A stretch of 26,040 bases of DNA from a virus (taxonomy: Duplodnaviria > Caudoviricetes). Location of the stretch: positions 1 to 26,040 of the IMG/VR virus record IMGVR_UViG_3300024429_000030; one strand, given 5' to 3'. Under the pieces are notes generated by a model. That model was given only the letters and a program-made list of their open reading frames with translations. It ran no database searches and was not told the DNA's origin. Of this stretch, positions 24,492-26,040 are shown piece by piece (the first letter of the stretch is position 1; each line of letters starts with the position of its first letter). Made by a program: the position numbers and the translations under genes.

Positions 24492-25265
24492 ATGGATGAA
24501 GGATTCATAAAATTATATAGAAAGCTCCTTCATAGCTCGATCCTTCTCGATGCCGAAGCCCTACAGGTTTTTATCTACTTCCTGCTCAGAGCAAGACATC
24601 AAAAGGGGTCGGCCAGGATGAACGGCCAAACCGTGATGCTCGAACCTGGGCAGTTAATAACCGGAAGATTTGTTCTTTCCGAAGCTCTCGGGCTAACCCC
24701 CGCAAAGGTCAGGAGAATCATATCTCTCCTTAAGGAAGAACAGCAAATCAACCAGCAGGCTAAGGGTAAATACTCAATAATTACAATAGTTAACTGGTCA
24801 GAGTACCAAGGAAACAACCAGCAGACAACCAGCAGACCGCCAGCAGACAACCAGCAGACCGCCACAAATAAGAATGAGAAGAATGGGGAGAATGATAAGA
24901 AAGAACCTCTGGACTCTGATGGATGCCCAACCATGGAAATGAATTTCGGAGAAGAGAAAAAGCCGAAGAAAGCAAAGCCAATCCCTTTCTCCCCACCCGA
25001 TTGGATTGAGGTAGACGCCTGGGCAGGACTGCTAGAGATAAGGAGACAGAAAAAGACGCCCAACACCGAGAGGGCACTCAGGGGCATCCTCCGAGAGTTG
25101 GAGAAGATCCGCGCTGCCGGTCACGACCCGAACGTTGAACTTGACAGAGCCACCACAAACGGATGGAAGACGGTCTACATGCCAATGGGTGTGGCGCCTC
25201 GTAAAGAAATCGAACAGAAGCCACTTTCACCAGAACTTAAAGCAGCTCTCAACGAGGAATTCTAA
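24492..25265 (+). CDS. Phage replication initiator (replisome organiser, wHTH)
   Basis: GFIKLYRKL N-terminus, GQLITGR..LS..LG, YSIITIVNW..YQ; internal iterons; directly upstream of DnaB. Confidence 0.85.
   Translation: MDEGFIKLYRKLLHSSILLDAEALQVFIYFLLRARHQKGSARMNGQTVMLEPGQLITGRFVLSEALGLTPAKVRRIISLLKEEQQINQQAKGKYSIITIVNWSEYQGNNQQTTSRPPADNQQTATNKNEKNGENDKKEPLDSDGCPTMEMNFGEEKKPKKAKPIPFSPPDWIEVDAWAGLLEIRRQKKTPNTERALRGILRELEKIRAAGHDPNVELDRATTNGWKTVYMPMGVAPRKEIEQKPLSPELKAALNEEF
24815..24864 (+). repeat. Iterons / probable replication origin
   Basis: CCAGCAGAC at 24818, 24829, 24840, 24851 (11-bp period), followed by an A-rich purine tract. Confidence 0.8.
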
Positions 25266-26040
25266 TGCAGCAACTCCAAGCGCCACCCCACAGCAAAATA
25301 GCAGAGGAGTCGCTGCTTTCAAACATCGTCCACATGCCTGAATATTTCGGTCAAGTGGCATGGATGAAATCGGAAGACTTCTACTTCCCCACCCATCGTA
25401 AGATTTGGGAGCTGATCGTTGACCTGGACTCCGTGGGAACTCCACCGGATCTCCCCACCGTCATGACGGCATCCAACGGCAGTCTGAAGCTTGATGACGT
25501 CGAAGCCATCGTTAACCCTATCACCCTGTCTCGTAAGATCGTTCATTACGCCCAGGCCATCAGAAAGCTATCCACTCGCCGCAAACTGATACTCGGAGCC
25601 CAAGAGGTTATGGCGATGGGATACGACATCAACAGCGACCTTGACGAGATCCTCGACAGCTCCGAATCTAAAATGTTAGCCGTGAGAGAGGGCCAAGATT
25701 CAAGCGAGACGATCGGCAGAGACTTCAAGGAGATTTGCCGGGACGTGGCTAAAGACCTGCAAGACAGGCATGATAATGACGGGGGCATGACGGGCATCCC
25801 TACCGGCATCGAAGACCTCGACGAAATCACTGCTGGGTTCCAGCGTAAAGACCTCATCATAGTGGCTGGAAGGCCGTCTATGGGCAAAACTGCCTTCGCG
25901 GTAGGGGTAGCAAGGGGGGCGGCAAAGATTGGTCATAAGACGCTTATTTTCAGTTTTGAGATGGACGAAGGAAAATTAGTTGAGCGCGTCATTTCCGCAG
26001 AGGGTAGAGTTAATTCCAAGCGGATGAGAAATGGACAATT
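25265..26040 (+). CDS. dnaB: Replicative DNA helicase DnaB-like, truncated by window end
   Basis: Translated by hand from ATG 25265 (TAATG coupling): PPHSKIAEESLL, GIPTGIEDLDEITAGFQRKDLIIVAGRPSMGKTAFA (Walker A), IFSFEM. Confidence 0.95.
   Translation, partial: MQQLQAPPHSKIAEESLLSNIVHMPEYFGQVAWMKSEDFYFPTHRKIWELIVDLDSVGTPPDLPTVMTASNGSLKLDDVEAIVNPITLSRKIVHYAQAIRKLSTRRKLILGAQEVMAMGYDINSDLDEILDSSESKMLAVREGQDSSETIGRDFKEICRDVAKDLQDRHDNDGGMTGIPTGIEDLDEITAGFQRKDLIIVAGRPSMGKTAFAVGVARGAAKIGHKTLIFSFEMDEGKLVERVISAEGRVNSKRMRNGQ

Noticed and set aside
24815-24864. CRISPR array
   Set aside because: Repeats are 9-11 bp without unique spacers and lie within a CDS; iterons fit better
24599-25887. Several minus-strand ORFs over the replication genes
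   Set aside because: Shadows of the initiator and DnaB; DnaB is missing from the track only because its stop lies outside the window
1-26040. Stop-codon reassignment or diversity-generating retroelement
   Set aside because: Genes are intact in the standard code with TAA, TAG and TGA all used as stops; no reverse transcriptase or template/variable repeat pair noticed

Overview
A contiguous ~26 kb segment of a tailed dsDNA phage with a P22-like (short-tailed) virion module, almost entirely on the + strand. Gene order: small membrane ORF, TerL, a 4-gene moron with its own promoter and terminators, portal, scaffold, P22-type coat, an extra beta-helix protein, a small orf, gp4-like adaptor with a C-terminal extension, gp10-like hub, short gp26-like needle, an extra 560-aa multidomain protein, gp14-like, three ejection proteins (gp7/gp20/gp16 positions), AT-rich tailspike, DUF5675-type putative endolysin and 3-TM holin. 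A divergent sigma70 promoter pair follows, driving two small leftward genes and a rightward early operon (ribbon-helix-helix regulator, small ORFs, ERF recombinase, Ea22/Ead-like protein, Zn-finger proteins, lipoprotein). The window ends with a replication initiator carrying internal iterons and a truncated DnaB helicase. No integrase, CI-like repressor, tRNA or CRISPR is visible. Most notable: TerL apparently starts at a non-canonical ATT; a ~170-nt highly structured intergenic RNA with alternative folds; two genes each flanked by duplicated hairpin+RBS modules; (A/C)AACG pentamer arrays shared by early and late control regions; and an elaborated virion with extra candidate adhesins. All family calls come from motif recognition and synteny, not database searches.
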